A stretch of 64,000 nucleotides of DNA from assembly GCA_036172245.1 (NCBI GenBank), contig JAYWIR010000026.1, positions 186,001-250,000 on the forward strand, in the 5' to 3' direction. Below the pieces are notes generated by a model that was given only the letters and a program-made list of their open reading frames with translations, was not told where the DNA came from and did not search any database. Source of the stretch: Raillietiella orientalis. Taxonomy: Eukaryota. Both the position numbers and the translations under genes were made by a program. Each line of letters starts with the position of its first letter. Position 1 is the first letter of the stretch. This document shows positions 12,401-24,742 of the stretch, one piece after another.

Positions 12401-13174
12401 CATCATGCGCTCCAGGGCAAATACTGAAGTGCTGTCCTTGATTGATGGCAGCGTTGCTTTAGATGAGCTCATGACTAGTTTGATCCACACTGTTGATGTG
12501 TGGACTGAAAATCAGCGTCAGGAGATTCTTGATGAAGAGCAGCGACAAGAGAGAGAAACAGTGAAAAGGGAACAGGATCAAGCCTACCAGATGTCTTTGC
12601 TAGCAGATCGTGCAAAAGAGGAAGCCAAGAAAGCTTTGATCGTGGAACAGCAGAGAAGGCAAGAGGAACAAGAATTGGTGAAGAAAAAACTCGAGGAGGA
12701 GTTGTTACACCAAGAAGAGATCAAAGAGGTTTGTTAAGGTTTGAAGGAAGGTTCCAGTTCTCGTTTGCTTTAAGGCTGTGCGCAAGTCACTAGAATCAGA
12801 GATACCCCAAGAACCCAGTGATCGTGATGGTGTTAAAATTATTCATCTAAGATTTCGAGTTCCTGAAGGACCATCGTTTTTCCGGCGATTTTCGTTACAC
12901 AATACTCTTCAGGTAGCCATAGTCTCGGTGAAACCTGATTTAGCTCTCATCCCCTAGGATGTTCTCAACTTCTTGACTGTCAGAGGGTTCAGTCCAGAGG
13001 AATACAAAATTCTGACCAGCTTCCCCCGCAAAGATGTAAGCCTCTGATGCCCATCCTGTTGACTTATTGATGTGTCCTTGTATGTTTTTCCAGTTAACGA
13101 CTTTGAATCCTTCCTGCTGTTTAGGCAGCTTGCAGCTCTTTCCCCAGGAAACGTTAATCATAGAACAACGATAA
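9463..13174 (+). CDS. FAF1: FAS-associated factor 1 (caspar-like; UBA, UBL, UAS, coiled coil, UBX); about 13 exons, first 9463-9504, 9834-9902, 10038-10241, 10965-11085; last exon ends at TAA 13174
   Basis: MTSPSREEILANFQ|ACTDIQDL..LEETNWNLQ|DAINLV (UBA); GALKQLL..CGLPPCQQDLYGW and DIP..GQYWHGWP (UBLs); RYGPIHPAFFPGSL..KLLAIYLHDD.SVLVNVFCAQLLCSE..WGWDMT (UAS); RETVKREQDQAY..SL.ADRAK; LRFRVP..RRF..SFPRKD..LFPQETLIIEQR (UBX). Introns are GT-AG, mostly 41-58 nt. Confidence 0.96.
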
Positions 13175-14545
13175 TTACTGCTGGCTCTTGTGTTTTGGTC
13201 AACCTGTCCAATAAATTATTTATGCATAGCTTATTTATTGATTGGGCTGTACAGATCTGTGAATGGAAAAACCAAACTGTGCCAAACCACACCAATCACC
13301 GAACATTCCGTGGGTGATGACATGAATTTGGATGCAGTTGGCCACACGTCATCGTTCAATGATGATGTTTCGTGTACTGCATGCTTTTGAAAATCTGTTT
13401 GTGGTTGGTGGTTTCATTTTGGGTTGCACGATGCAATTTATTACTCTGAAGTGTTGGGTTCATCATTGCACAAGCGTGTGGAGTTTCCATTGAACTATTC
13501 AAGGTGGATTTGTGAGGTCCATTCGCGGTCGGTTGGAATCCCAAATTTCTTTGCCGTGAGGCAGACGGCAGGAGCTGCGTGGAGCCGCAGCACGGGAGAC
13601 CACGAAGTGCGGGGAACACGGAAATGGAATGAACCAACACGCGAAAGCCGGTGGCCCCGCCTTCTCATGCATGCTGCTGGTGCCCCGTAAGAAACGCACG
13701 GCCACCCGAAGGTGGTCGGGTGAGCTTTCCGGTCCGGGCGGACGTTCGCCACGGGAACATGAAGGTCGACCTGCCTGCGGGGGCAGGTCAGCAGCCATTG
13801 AACATCAGCGAGCGAGTGCCTCGGCGCGGCGGCAACTGCGGCGGGCGAAGCAGCGGAGCCGTGTCCGCCGAGCAGCTCCCTGGGGGTTCAGTCTGAGGTC
13901 GCGGGTCGAGTGCGGCCGGGGACAGTCGTAAGTTCGCAGAGACCCCGGACGAGGGAAGCGCGGGCCTGCTCGAGCCAGGGCCGCGCGCTCTGCTTTCGTT
14001 TGGCCACCCTCGTTGCCGTGGGCGCTCAGACTCAGCGGCGGCAGACGTTCTTCGTGTCTCTTGAGCGCTGTGCCAGTGGTGCCTCCATGCTCGTAGCGAA
14101 GGCGTGGTGCTGACCGCGAGCGACCGCAGCTGTCCCACCATGGGTCAGTGGCTTCGCTGCGGATGAATCAAATCCAGATATTGGCTTCGCGCTCGTAAAA
14201 CTGTTTGCAACTCTTTCCTTACCCATAAGTAGGGATGGGTTCCACCTGTGGGTGGTACATTTCGGTTGCTTCCAGGGTGCACCTCAAGAGCATCTCTTTG
14301 CCTCGCTCTGAGCGCCGAGAGCACACGCGCTCTGCCAGTAATAGCCGAAGGATTTTCTGCTGTTGCGGTTTCCTGTACGCTGACAAACGTGGTAGCCCAT
14401 GATGTCTGCTTCTTGCGTACGGTACAAATTACGATCCGCGTTACGTACGGCCTAATGCACTTTGCCATGTACTGCACCGGAGGTTGTTATGAGTGCATAG
14501 GAAGCTTCGAAACGATTTCAATTTTGATAGCAGCTTTATAGAGTG

Positions 14546-14886
14546 CAGTCTCACCTCGGTACTCGTCGGTAATTCGTTCCGGAACTCTTGACGCGTGCCG
14601 AGCGTGTTGCCTTCTTGGCTTCGTGGTATCATTTTTAACCATTTTGGGACCAACTCCACAGGAAGCACACAAAAAAGGGAACGATTCAGGAGGCACCCTA
14701 TAAGGATGTGCTCGGCACTGTTCGCGAACTACCATGAAACGAAAGCATTCACTCGTTTCGTCACGAGTGGAGTGTCGAGTTCCGAGCAAGCGCCGAGTGG
14801 TGGAGCAATTATTTTTTCCGTCAAGATGCGACGACAAGTACTGAGTTTGACGAGTTCCGACACCGTCGAGTATCGAGGCACCACTG
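14546..14886. mobile_element. pogo/Tigger-like MITE, copy 1
   Basis: Termini CAGTCTCACCTCGGTACTCG...CGAGTATCGAGGCACCACTG followed by TA (left flank TG). Homologous in inverted orientation to 55600-55948. Confidence 0.75.
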
Positions 14887-14984
14887 TACCAGGAAAATGC
14901 GTGCCGTCTGGACGGACACTGCGTGTCCTGGTCTCCCGCACGTGCTTCACCTTCATCAAAGTCGTGATGTTGGGAGAGTCGGTC

Positions 14985-15850
14985 ATTGCCCGCGTTGGCG
15001 GCCGCGTGGCACCAAACGTTCCGGGTTTGAACGCCCCCGCAAGGGATCCACCTCAGGGAATGGGTGCGTCGTGGGTTTCGGGTCCCTTCCGCAGGATGGC
15101 GCTGGTTGGCCTCCGTTGGATTCGAGTGCGCCCGCTGGAGACAAACCGGACTTCCCCGCCGACTGGCCGGGATTGGAAGTCGACTTCCAGGAGTTGGGGA
15201 GTCGATTCCCTTCCAGTTGCAAAAATGGAGCCGTTCCCCCCATTGTCACTCATCGGGGGCATCCGGCTTGAACCGCTACCGGCGCTGCACCCTAATGCAG
15301 TCTGACCAGCGTCATCATCTTGTGGGAGGAACCCACGACGCAACCTTCCATGGAGATGGTTGATTCCTCCCCCTTCGGGAGGGCTGGTTGCCTCTCCAGA
15401 GTGTCAGAAGCGCGCTGCTCCCTTCGGGGAGCTCCCATCTGAGAAAATTCGGGAGCAATACCTTCGGGGTTCTCTTCAGGGAAGGAAGCAGGGAGCGCTT
15501 CCCTTGAGGGTTCCTTCCGGAGAAGAAATGCAAGAACAGGAAGAATAAGGAAGAGGAGCTTCCCTTAGAAAACAACCAGGGCGAGGGTTCCCTTCGGGGC
15601 TTCCTGCCAAGAGTAAGGGAGGAACGGACTCCTTCCTTTGGAGCCCTTCCTGGATTTAAAGGGTGGTCCCTACGGGATTACGCCTAACCGAAGTTACACG
15701 CATCCTCGGGTTGCTTGGACAACAGTGAGCTTTGTGGACCCCCCGCTAAGGAGAAGCACGGTTCTTCAGCACTGGGAAACCAAAAGGAAGGAAACCCGAA
15801 GAAACGAAGGAAAGCAGCGGGAAACAGAAGAATCCTTCAGGATTCCCATT
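14985..15850 (-). repeat. Unclassified dispersed repeat family A (reverse copy with an internal inverted segment)
   Basis: Reverse complement aligns by eye to 51210-52000 (e.g. AATCCAGGAAGGGCTC..GTTCCTCCCTTACTCTTGG; GAAGAGAACCCCGAAGG subrepeats). Orientation is arbitrary. Confidence 0.7.
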
Positions 15851-15854
15851 CTCG

Positions 15855-17045
15855 CCTTCATGTGGAGGGAGTTGGCGCTGCTGGGATTGCATGGGGGGAT
15901 TCCGTGCAAAGAGCGCCTTCATCACTGGACACCAGGGGGTGGGGAGGGGACAGCGTGGACGCTCAGAGTGAGACAGGTGAGGGAAGGCGGAGACCCTCTT
16001 GCCTTCCCTCTGCTGGACCGTGCTGCCCTCCGACGCCTTTGGGATCGCCTCACGACGACCTTAGGGATTGTTTCCCTGTGGGTGGCCCCTCAAGGACATT
16101 CTCAAACGCTTCTTTGGAAGACCCCCTAAGGGGTCCGCTCTCTGTTTTCTCCTCCGAAGAGAACCCCGAAGGGGCCCTTCCCAATTTTCTCAGAAGGGCG
16201 CTACCCGAAGGGAGTGGCACGCTTCTTTGCACTCTGGAGAGGCGTCACCAATGCACCAGCTCCATGACACGAGACGGAGGGTACCCCCAGAAGGGGGGGT
16301 CCTCTCCTTTGCACAACCGGAGGGGAACTACCCAATTCCTGATTCTGCTTCCTGGAAGGACCCCGGAGGGTCTACTCCAAATCCCAGCCACTCATCAGTA
16401 GCATTCGGTGTGAACCGCTACCTACGCCGCACCCGAATGCAGACCAACCAGCGTCATCTCGCGGAAGAGACTCGAACCCGGGACGCACCCCCCATCTCAC
16501 AGCTTCGATTCTTGCCTAGTATTCGAACTCGCGACGCTTGGTGGTGCTACGAGCGCAGACCGTACCACACTTGACCTCCAACGCGGACCGAAAATCCGGG
16601 ACGTTTTGAGGCCTCTTCGTGCTTGCCCCCCTGCCTCCAGCCGCGTCCCTCACAGTCCTCTGATGTCCCGTTGGCGGGATGGTGGCGTGCTGGAACGCGG
16701 GAAGAAGAGGCCGGAATGGCAGGGACGCCATCTACCGGGCGCGGATCTTTCCGAGGGCTGCTTCGAGATGGCGCCTACCTGGACAAGACACGGTCAGAAC
16801 TTGCCAGCATCCTGAACAGGATGCAGAGGACACCAGGCAGCGAGCAGGGATCCCTTTCCCGGTCCACTTCCCCTTCCTTCCCGAGTAAAACTTTCCCTCC
16901 ATTTTTTTGTTTTTGTTTTTGCCCCTCCCTTCCCCTTCGCTGCCGACGTGGACCTCGCCGGTCTGCGTGCAGGCATTGGCAGGTTGAAAGCACGTGGTGG
17001 ACCGACGTGGTCTACAGCAAAGATGTGTTTTCTATTATTATTATT
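15855..17045 (+). mobile_element. L1/Tx1-like LINE 3' end (family B) interrupted by a family A copy at about 16110-16595
   Basis: LLDRAALRRLWDRLTTTL before the insert; RWRLP/PYLDK..ASILNRMQR, the shared 3' UTR (CCCCTTCGCTGCCGA.GTGGACCTCGCCGGTCTGCGT) and a hairpin at 16994-17018 after it. Confidence 0.7.
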
Positions 17046-18499
17046 ATTTTTATAACAAATGCACCTGTACAACCGGGTGAAAAATTTTCCGCCAGTCATT
17101 TTTTGTATTTTTCTTTTTTTTCTTTCTTTCACGTGATCCATCTCGCGGCACCATCTTGCGGCCGGCACCGGAAGCGATCTGATCCCGCTTTTCTCGCAAC
17201 ACGATGCAGGGTGTTCGAGTGTTGCGATTCGGGAAGGCTGGCTTCGGCGCGCACCGGTCCACGCGCGCAAATTCAGCGTCGCGTCCCGGAAATGGCACCT
17301 GAGTAGCAGGCAAACGCTAGGTGGTTCCCTGGATGAGGGATATCCCGTACCCTCGCAGCTGCTCGGGGTGTATGGTGTGACTCGGGAGCAGCAGGCGATT
17401 GCGACCATCAGTTCTTTTTTCTTCTTCTGAGAGACGGCGATCTTCGCTCATCCATTTCCGTGGACTGTCATCCTGTCGGCTGCAGAATTTTGAAAGTGAA
17501 TTTCACTGCGTACGTTCATAGCCTTAGGGCTTCCCGATCCGCTTTCTTTTCAAGTGAAGTCCCATTCCCCCCTTTCTATTGCAACATGTAGCCAAGCGGC
17601 CAGTTCGAGCTGTCATTCTTGTGTGCGTGTGTGTCATGGCTGCCCAAGTGGTGGTTGCTGCTGCAGCGGTGGGAAAAATCACAACCAAGCTGTCGACTTT
17701 CAAACGCAAAGCAAAAAACAAAAAGACAGACAAACAAACAGAGCAGCTGATTCGGCGGGACGGTAGTCATATCTGCCAAACGATGACGTATTTCAGCCGG
17801 CGGTTAACGAAAGAGTGTTGAGAAGCTCAGGACGTTCATGACCTCAGAGGGGCTGGACAGATGCCTCCTGGACAAGTTCTTTTTCGTTGTTGCTTTGGAC
17901 AACGGACCCCCGTGGGCGCTGCTGCGGGCGAGAAGGCTAGCAGTCACGGGAGAATTTCTGAACCCTGTAAAATGTGCATGGTCCCAGGACTTTTTTGAGG
18001 ATCGAATGATGCTGTGCCAGCTTGCTCGGGCATGCTTGATCTACTATTTAAATTATCTGGATCTCAGGTTTTCGGTTGTTTCCACTCTCTACTGCTGGCT
18101 CCCAGCTAGTAGGCGCGCCAGGATCAGATAATTGCAGCGTTACGCCGATGCCCGCAAAATCAAGTCTGCGGTTACGAGATGCCCCGGCCTACTGCAGCGA
18201 ACTCGCGATGACCATTTCCTTTTTATTTTCACCCGGTCACGCTGGGGCGTTTACTGTAAGAAAAAAAAGAACCATTGACAACAACAACAAAAAAAAAAAA
18301 CAGCCAGTGAAGTTTTATTGCTTGAATTTACAATTTTACAACGCCTTACAGGGGAGGGGCTCTTGACATTCTTCCGGGATTCCTCATCTGTCCATCGGGG
18401 GCGCTCGTCGCCTTTCAGCCCGTTGCTTCCTCAGCTTCCTGTCCTCCGTCTCGCGAGAGCTGGCCACTGGAATTCGACGAGGGACCGACAATCAGATAT

Positions 18500-19500
18500 G
18501 GCCCGAGAACCGTAATCTGATGGTCCGTCTTTCGTGTGACCTGACCTGAATCTTGTGTAGATGTTCCTGGAGTACCGGATGAGCGAAGCCACCATCCGGT
18601 GCCTCCTCATCTTCTCCGAGTGCTTTTTCGGAATTCCAAGATCATGCAGCACTTCCTCGTTCTGCGGGTCCTGGGCTTCCAGAGAGCCAACGAGGAGAGC
18701 ACGCTTTCTGCATTGCATCCCCTCTCTGCCTGGCTGGAGGGCCGCTTCCTTGTACCTTTCCCGTTTGTTCCTCCTACCTGTGCTGGACGCTTCTCTTCCA
18801 CCCTCGAACAGGCAGCACATGTCCAGCACCATCATCTGATTTCCTTTCTTTAGCGCCAGGTCTGGTCGCAGGAGGGATTCCGTTCCTGGAGATCTCTGGT
18901 CAATGGAAACACCAGGGTCCACTTCTCCTCATCCACCGCGGCCATGCTAATCATTTCTTGGATCGCGTTATGCCGCTCAGCGGAGAGACGAAGGTGCCTC
19001 CTGCATCGGTTTGACATATGAGGCAACGTTTCGTCTTCCGTCGGGCAGCGCCGAAATGCTCGATCTTCAGGTTTCATCCTGGGCCCGGCCCTGACTGGTC
19101 GGATTTTTAGCCTGGCTGCGTGGATGAATGCGCAGTCCTGGAACTTCAGGTACTCTCCGTTGGTGAGGAAGAAGCTTGAGGCGTGGTGCATGCCCACAAA
19201 CTGCATTGCCCTCCTTTGACTGAGGTGCTCCTGAACGAGGGATTGCCACGCATGCTCTCACGCCGAAGGCAAACTTTCTCCTCAAGCTAGGGCTGCTGAA
19301 GATGTGTCATCTTCGACCATTATGTTGAACTCTCCATCACTAAACTTCCAGCGGGCTTTTGTTCTTCTCTAGGTCCTTATTCCTCTGGACCGTAGGTTCT
19401 CGATATCCCTGCTGCGCTGTGCGAATTTTCGCGAGGAAGTCCCCGTCATGAAATCCCCGAGATCCTCATTCGTTACTGGTTCGAGGATTCTCTTTTGAAC
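18500..19500 (-). mobile_element. Utopia/NeSL-like RLE-type non-LTR retrotransposon 3' relic
   Basis: FFLTNGEYLKFQD..FIHAARL..RRC..DETLPH.SN.C..ERHNAI, LRPDL..MVLD.CC.FE, LLVGSL..QDPQN, RYSRNIY: CCHC finger plus PD..D restriction-like endonuclease. Frameshifted. Confidence 0.8.
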
Positions 19501-20099
19501 CACTTCTTTAAGCGCTTCATGGGCCAATCCAAATATAAAATGTCTTCCTTCGTAGTGGCTTCACATGACCACCGCGAAAGGAAACGCCTCGGAGGCACTG
19601 CTTCTCGCGGGAAGCTCCCCAGCGAGATCCGTACAGAAGGATGAATGGTGGACGAGGTAACCAAAAAAGCGTACACATACACACACACAAAAGTTCAGTT
19701 TACGAAAATTGTTGAGAGGGGTGGATGGGAGAGGGAAGGAATCACAGATTTCTTCCTGTCGTCCTCAGCATCTTCTAAAGGATGTTGGCAACTTCCTTCT
19801 TTTTTTTTTTTTAAATTAGCACTGAACTTCTGCGGTTCAGACTAAGTTGCTACAAGTCCGCTTTTTTAAGATTGCACGTTCATCATAAGTTTATTTTTCT
19901 ATTGGTTTGTCTCCTCAGTGCGTCGGGTCATGAAGAAGTTTTTTTTTTTTTTTTCTCTAAAGGCCAGTAGCGACCCCCACGAGCGAGATCGTTACTATTG
20001 GCTAGGACGATGGAAATCCTTGGGTTCTTTTTTCTTCTGTATGCTGTTTTCCTTTCAGCTTTTTTTTTTTTCAAGAGTTTTCTTTTTTTTTGGTTCGCT

Positions 20100-20410
20100 A
20101 AGTACCTCAGAACCGGTCGCGCGCCTCGCGGGGCACGTGGTTCTTTTTAAACATTAAACACATTGTTTCCACGCCCCTCCGCCCACGCCAGCCCGCAGGG
20201 GGGCGTGTAATTCTTCAGGATAGGGGGCACCCCGGGATAGGGGTCCGCCCTATGAATCCAGGAAGGGCTCGGAGTCCGTTCCTCTCACGCTTGGGAAGGG
20301 ATCCCCCCCGGACGGGGGGGATCGCACCTCCCACCCTGGTTGTCTCCGAAGGGGAACCCCGAAGGGAATCTCCTTCCTCATTCTCTCCGGAGGGATACAC
20401 CCCCCTCTAA
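20100..20410 (+). repeat. Family A repeat, partial
   Basis: CCTATGAATCCAGGAAGGGCTCGGAG..CCCTGGTTGTCTCCGAAGGGGAACCCCGAAGGG matches 51416-51560. Confidence 0.65.
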
Positions 20411-20419
20411 TGGAGGGTG

Positions 20420-20950
20420 GTCTTCCTTCCTTGGATGCATCAGGATACCTCCCACCTTGCCGGAAGGTCGCTGTCCTTATCGTCTTTTAAGAGCGGCAGC
20501 ACTGGGGCAACCCCCTGAGGCATCTGTCCCCACAGGGGGTTGACGAAGCCCACAGCAGATTGCGTGGATCGCCCGCGATCTCCTGCAGCGGCTGTCGAGC
20601 GTATCTTCACCCCCTCAGGCAGGCTTACTGCGACTCGCTCGAGCGGCCGCAGATTGCCCCCCGTGCAGAAACTGACTCCTGAACCAGACAGTGCAGTTCC
20701 CAGAGAGGCAGGAGATCCAGGTGTTCTCCTTCACGAAGGCAACCATCTGTCTCAGTTGGAGATTACGGTGCCTCAAACTGGCAGGGTTGGCCGCGAGGAC
20801 GGAGGACAGTCCCTCGCAGCCGGTTGCTCTCTTGGCGAGGAGGCGTGCTGGTGCGCACCAAGGCGTTGTCCGTAGTCTCACCGCGAAGGCGAGTCTTCTG
20901 AGTTGGAGCTGCCGCTCCATCCGCTTCAGCTTAAGGAGTTCCAAGAGCGA
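20420..20950 (-). mobile_element. Degenerate LINE ORF2 C-terminal fragment
   Basis: ELLKLKRMERQLQLRRLAFAVRL..W resembles the post-RT region of L1/Tx1 ORF2. Weak match. Confidence 0.3.
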
Positions 20951-21399
20951 GTAAGGCCACGCGCCTTACTTTGTATGTTTATTGAATTCGATTGAATGAA
21001 ACGCCCCAGGGCATCCAGGTTCCAAAAGGCTGTGCGGCTTCCCTAAAGGCTGAGGAAACCATCAGGTCGGCCACCTTCGAACGTGTGTGTGGCTTCAAGA
21101 AACGGTACATTCAACTTGAAGACCGTTGGCTATTTTCGAGATTAATGAGCTTAAAAAAACAAAAAAAACAAAAAAAGAAGTACTGATTGCACGAATCGTA
21201 AACGGTAACGGTGATTGCCGTTTCCGTTTTGCATTATCGCTGCTGCCTCGCGAGAGCTTCCTGTGAAAATTCGTTCCCAGGCACCCCGGCAGTGCTACGA
21301 AGAATTACAGCAGGCCGTTTGCGGAATCTCAGGGTGCACTCGCACGCGGAAAGCTGCAGGAAAACAACCAGCGCACCGTCGACAGTTCACGTGTTCCGC

Positions 21400-22620
21400 A
21401 CGTTGCACCCTGCACGTGGGATGCTGCATTCTGGACCGAATTCGAGAGGGTCAAAGGCGCTGACCGGAGTGTTTCGCCTGCTCCGGAGGCACCTCTTGCC
21501 CCCCCGGCCCCCTTCCTTCTCGCCTGCGACCCATCATGTCCTGGCGAGCCGAAAAGGTCACGTGGACGTTTCGAGCACAGCGTAACCAATTCGCTTGTTT
21601 CCAAGCGACATGCAGAAGGACCCTCCACCACCGAGGGCTATACATTTAGCGAAGAGTCTGATCAGCAGAGCCAACATCCGCCAAGAAACAAAGGACACCC
21701 CGGACCGAGAAGAATTACTGGACAAGGCCGCCAACCGCAACGGGACCCGTAATGTGAACTTGCTGGCGGTTGGCGCAACGATATATAGAGGCCTGGCCTC
21801 CGCGCTCCTTGCCGCAGCGCTGTCTGCCCTGAGGGCAAGAGACGACAGTAGTCTACCGGCGGGGTGGGAGGTCGCCCGCACGTTGTCTCAGGAACAACTC
21901 GACCCATGGGCGGCTGGAGGACCGGGGAGCTGGCAGATGCTGCCACTCCTCGCAATTGTGCTAAGGGACTCTTGAGTGTGCCTCCCGAAGAACTTGTGGT
22001 TCCTCCTTCGTGCGTGGACGCGTCTGTGCCCCCCCCCCCCCATCCCGGTGGAAACAGGACGCGCTTCTGCTGGTGCATTGGGGTCTCCAATGTAACCAGC
22101 GCGCGCACCTAGTTTCCAATGGTGTTGCGGCCCCGAACTGTGGACGGTGCGGAGCAACGGAATCGTTCCCGCGCCTGCTCTTTGACTGCGGTGCCGTCGG
22201 AGATCTGTGGCGGAGGCTGTCTTCAGCGCCCCTGCATCCGGGGGACACTGCAATGGACTTCATGCGCCGCTTCTTCACGTGAGGCGGTCATCGCAACGAT
22301 CTGTTGCATCCGCGCCATCGTCACGGCCCATTGCGTTGCAGTTGCGAGCGGTCCCAACAGAGGTCACCAGAACTGCAGCCTCCAACATGAAGACGGTTTC
22401 CAGGTGGCCTCCATATGAACGAAGAAGTGAGGAAGGCGACCTCTGGCATTCAACGCCGATCTGAGAAGAAGGAACGGTCGAAGCCAAAGGCCCCTGCCCC
22501 TTTCCCCCGTATCCTTTTGCATTTATTTATTGTCCCCTCCCTCCCGTTTCGGGCTCAGTGTGCCCGACCTGCGTGTCGGGGAGCCCTCCCCATGTTCCCT
22601 TTGCTTGGGGACTGACTATG
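21400..22620 (+). mobile_element. L1/Tx1-like LINE 3' portion (family B subfamily, similar to 59640-60545)
   Basis: LPAGWEV..W, WHWGL, PNCGRCGATESFPRLLFDC (zf-RVT-like CCHC), ICCIRAIVTA, SRWP. Confidence 0.7.
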
Positions 22621-23595
22621 TTCCCAGATGATTTCCATTTCCAATAAACGTCCCGGGGCAAGTGGGTAAGAAACGACATGAGGAAGAGACACCCGCCGGA
22701 CACTCAGGATGACCTGATATACTGCCACCGCGGAGGCATCCTGAGCGGCTCCAGAATGAAACACTGGACAGGCAGCAGCCAAGGGAGCTCTGCAAGGCCT
22801 GCGGAGATGGAAAAAGAAAAACAGCTCCACGTTTCACGTGCGCCAGGATTGGACGCCGCTGAAGGCGGTGACCGGCACCAGCACGTCCCTCTTCATCAAG
22901 AGCAGCGTGATAAGAAGGGAAAAGATGAGGAACACCGGAGAGATAGTGCCTTCCATGAACATCATTCAAGGAGTCATCAAGAGAGAAATAGGGATCAGGA
23001 ACTGCGGCAGAGCACCCGCCTGGACTTACCTCTACATCTTGAAGGTGGCGGATGCTACCCCAGTGAGTGGACTGCCACCTGATCCTAATGACCCCTCCTC
23101 CCACCAATAGACAGAGACCTTCGAAAGTGACACCTGGTAACTTCACGTCCTTGTGTCCAGGAACACTCGAAAAAGTGTCTGCGAAAATGTTTGACTGCTG
23201 TCGTTGTTTGAAAGTTCTTTAATAAATTCCCCTCTCCGCAAGTCGGGCTGGGAAGCACCTCGAAGCTCCTCGGTTCTTACGCGTGGACTTGGCGCTCCAC
23301 GTGCAAAAAATGGGGACACCGAAGGATCGCTATGAGGTTGCCGTTTCGATCCCACCTACCCGACTTGGGCTTCGGATTCCGTTTTTCCTTTTTTGTTTTT
23401 GAAGTTTCGCTCGGCTATCCACAGAAAAAAAAAAGAAGAAAACGAGAGAGGCGTCCACGATCCATGCACGAAGGCTCGCAAGATGTGCCACGCAGGCTCG
23501 CCAAACAGATTTAACGTCGAACGTTTTAAAATTAGCCCGATGAGTAATAAAATGCAAAAAAAAAAAAAAAGGAAGAACGGAAGGAAGGAAGGAAG

Positions 23596-24742
23596 CAGGG
23601 TTGCCAACTTAGCGGTTTCCCCACAAGGCATGGCGTTTTCGGAGGCGCATCTGGCGGACATTTCTTTCCTCCCGCTGAGCGGCAGTCCCGGCGGTTTTCA
23701 AATCGCTGACCGCCAAAGGTCAAAGGTTTTTCATGGCCGAAGAGGGAATTTTCGATTGTGGACGTCGCTGCGAAGGGTGTGAAAGGGAGGGGACTCCCGG
23801 ACACTTCATCCACCCCTGTTGCCATCGTGGCGGATGTGGAGCCCACGTCAGCAAACTATTGCACTGTTGATGATGATGACTGTCGAGGAAAACGACTCCC
23901 TTCCTTACTATTAGCACATGCTGCTATTTGAACGGTGAACGCGTGCGGGCACTTCATCGCCATTCACAGTGTTCTAAAGTTCCCTTTCATCTACGGGTAA
24001 TATAAGACCGGAAGTGCGGCCCTCACCTCACGAACGTACGGAAGACGTGCAGCAGCAGCAGCAGCAGCCCCATAAAAGAAATCCCACGTGATCGGCAATT
24101 CAATGGCAGTTGGAATATTCAGCTGTTTTTAATCGGAAGAGCAGACGGCATTACGTGTGCCGAACGTGTGCTGCGACATAGTGGGCTCGGAACACCACGT
24201 GGTCGGCTGAGTTATTCCGTGTGCATTGCGTTATTTTGATCCACCGCTTCGTTCAAGATTTGGGTGCGGCGGCGAAATCAGCGACGACTTCGGAAAGAGT
24301 GGCAAAGCGATGTGCTGCTGGAAGAATGGACCTCGGGCGTTCTGCAAAGGGTGCAAAGACGCTGTCATCTGCTTTCAGCCATCAGTCGGCCTGCGCCGCA
24401 TTTTCTTCTTGACGAGAACCGGACACTTTTGCTTCGACGAACAAACGCTCTGAGCACGCAGAGGAGGCGCCTCCGCGTCTCTTCGCACCGATAAGAAGAG
24501 CGGACCATCTGGGAGAAAGGGCTGCACGCGGATCCTCGGACCGCATGGTTGCAAAAAAAAAAAAAGTCCAACTACGTCGTTCCAAGTGCTATAATCACTT
24601 TGGAAAGGCTCAAAAGATTGAAATGGCATGAAATGATTTCATAATAATAATCTGTAGGTATCTGTGGATTTCTGTTTTTGGGAAATAGGAGGTTTTCGAG
24701 GGGCATCTACAGGGATACCACGGACGTGTGTTGGCAACCCTG
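23596..24742 (+). mobile_element. Non-autonomous hAT DNA transposon (internal-deletion derivative)
   Basis: Perfect 13-bp TIRs CAGGGTTGCCAAC / GTTGGCAACCCTG, flanked by the 8-bp TSD GAAGGAAG (23588-23595, 24743-24750). A frameshifted transposase N-terminal zinc-finger remnant at about 24265-24430 (QRRLRKEWQSDVLLEEW..AFCKGC..H). Confidence 0.85.
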
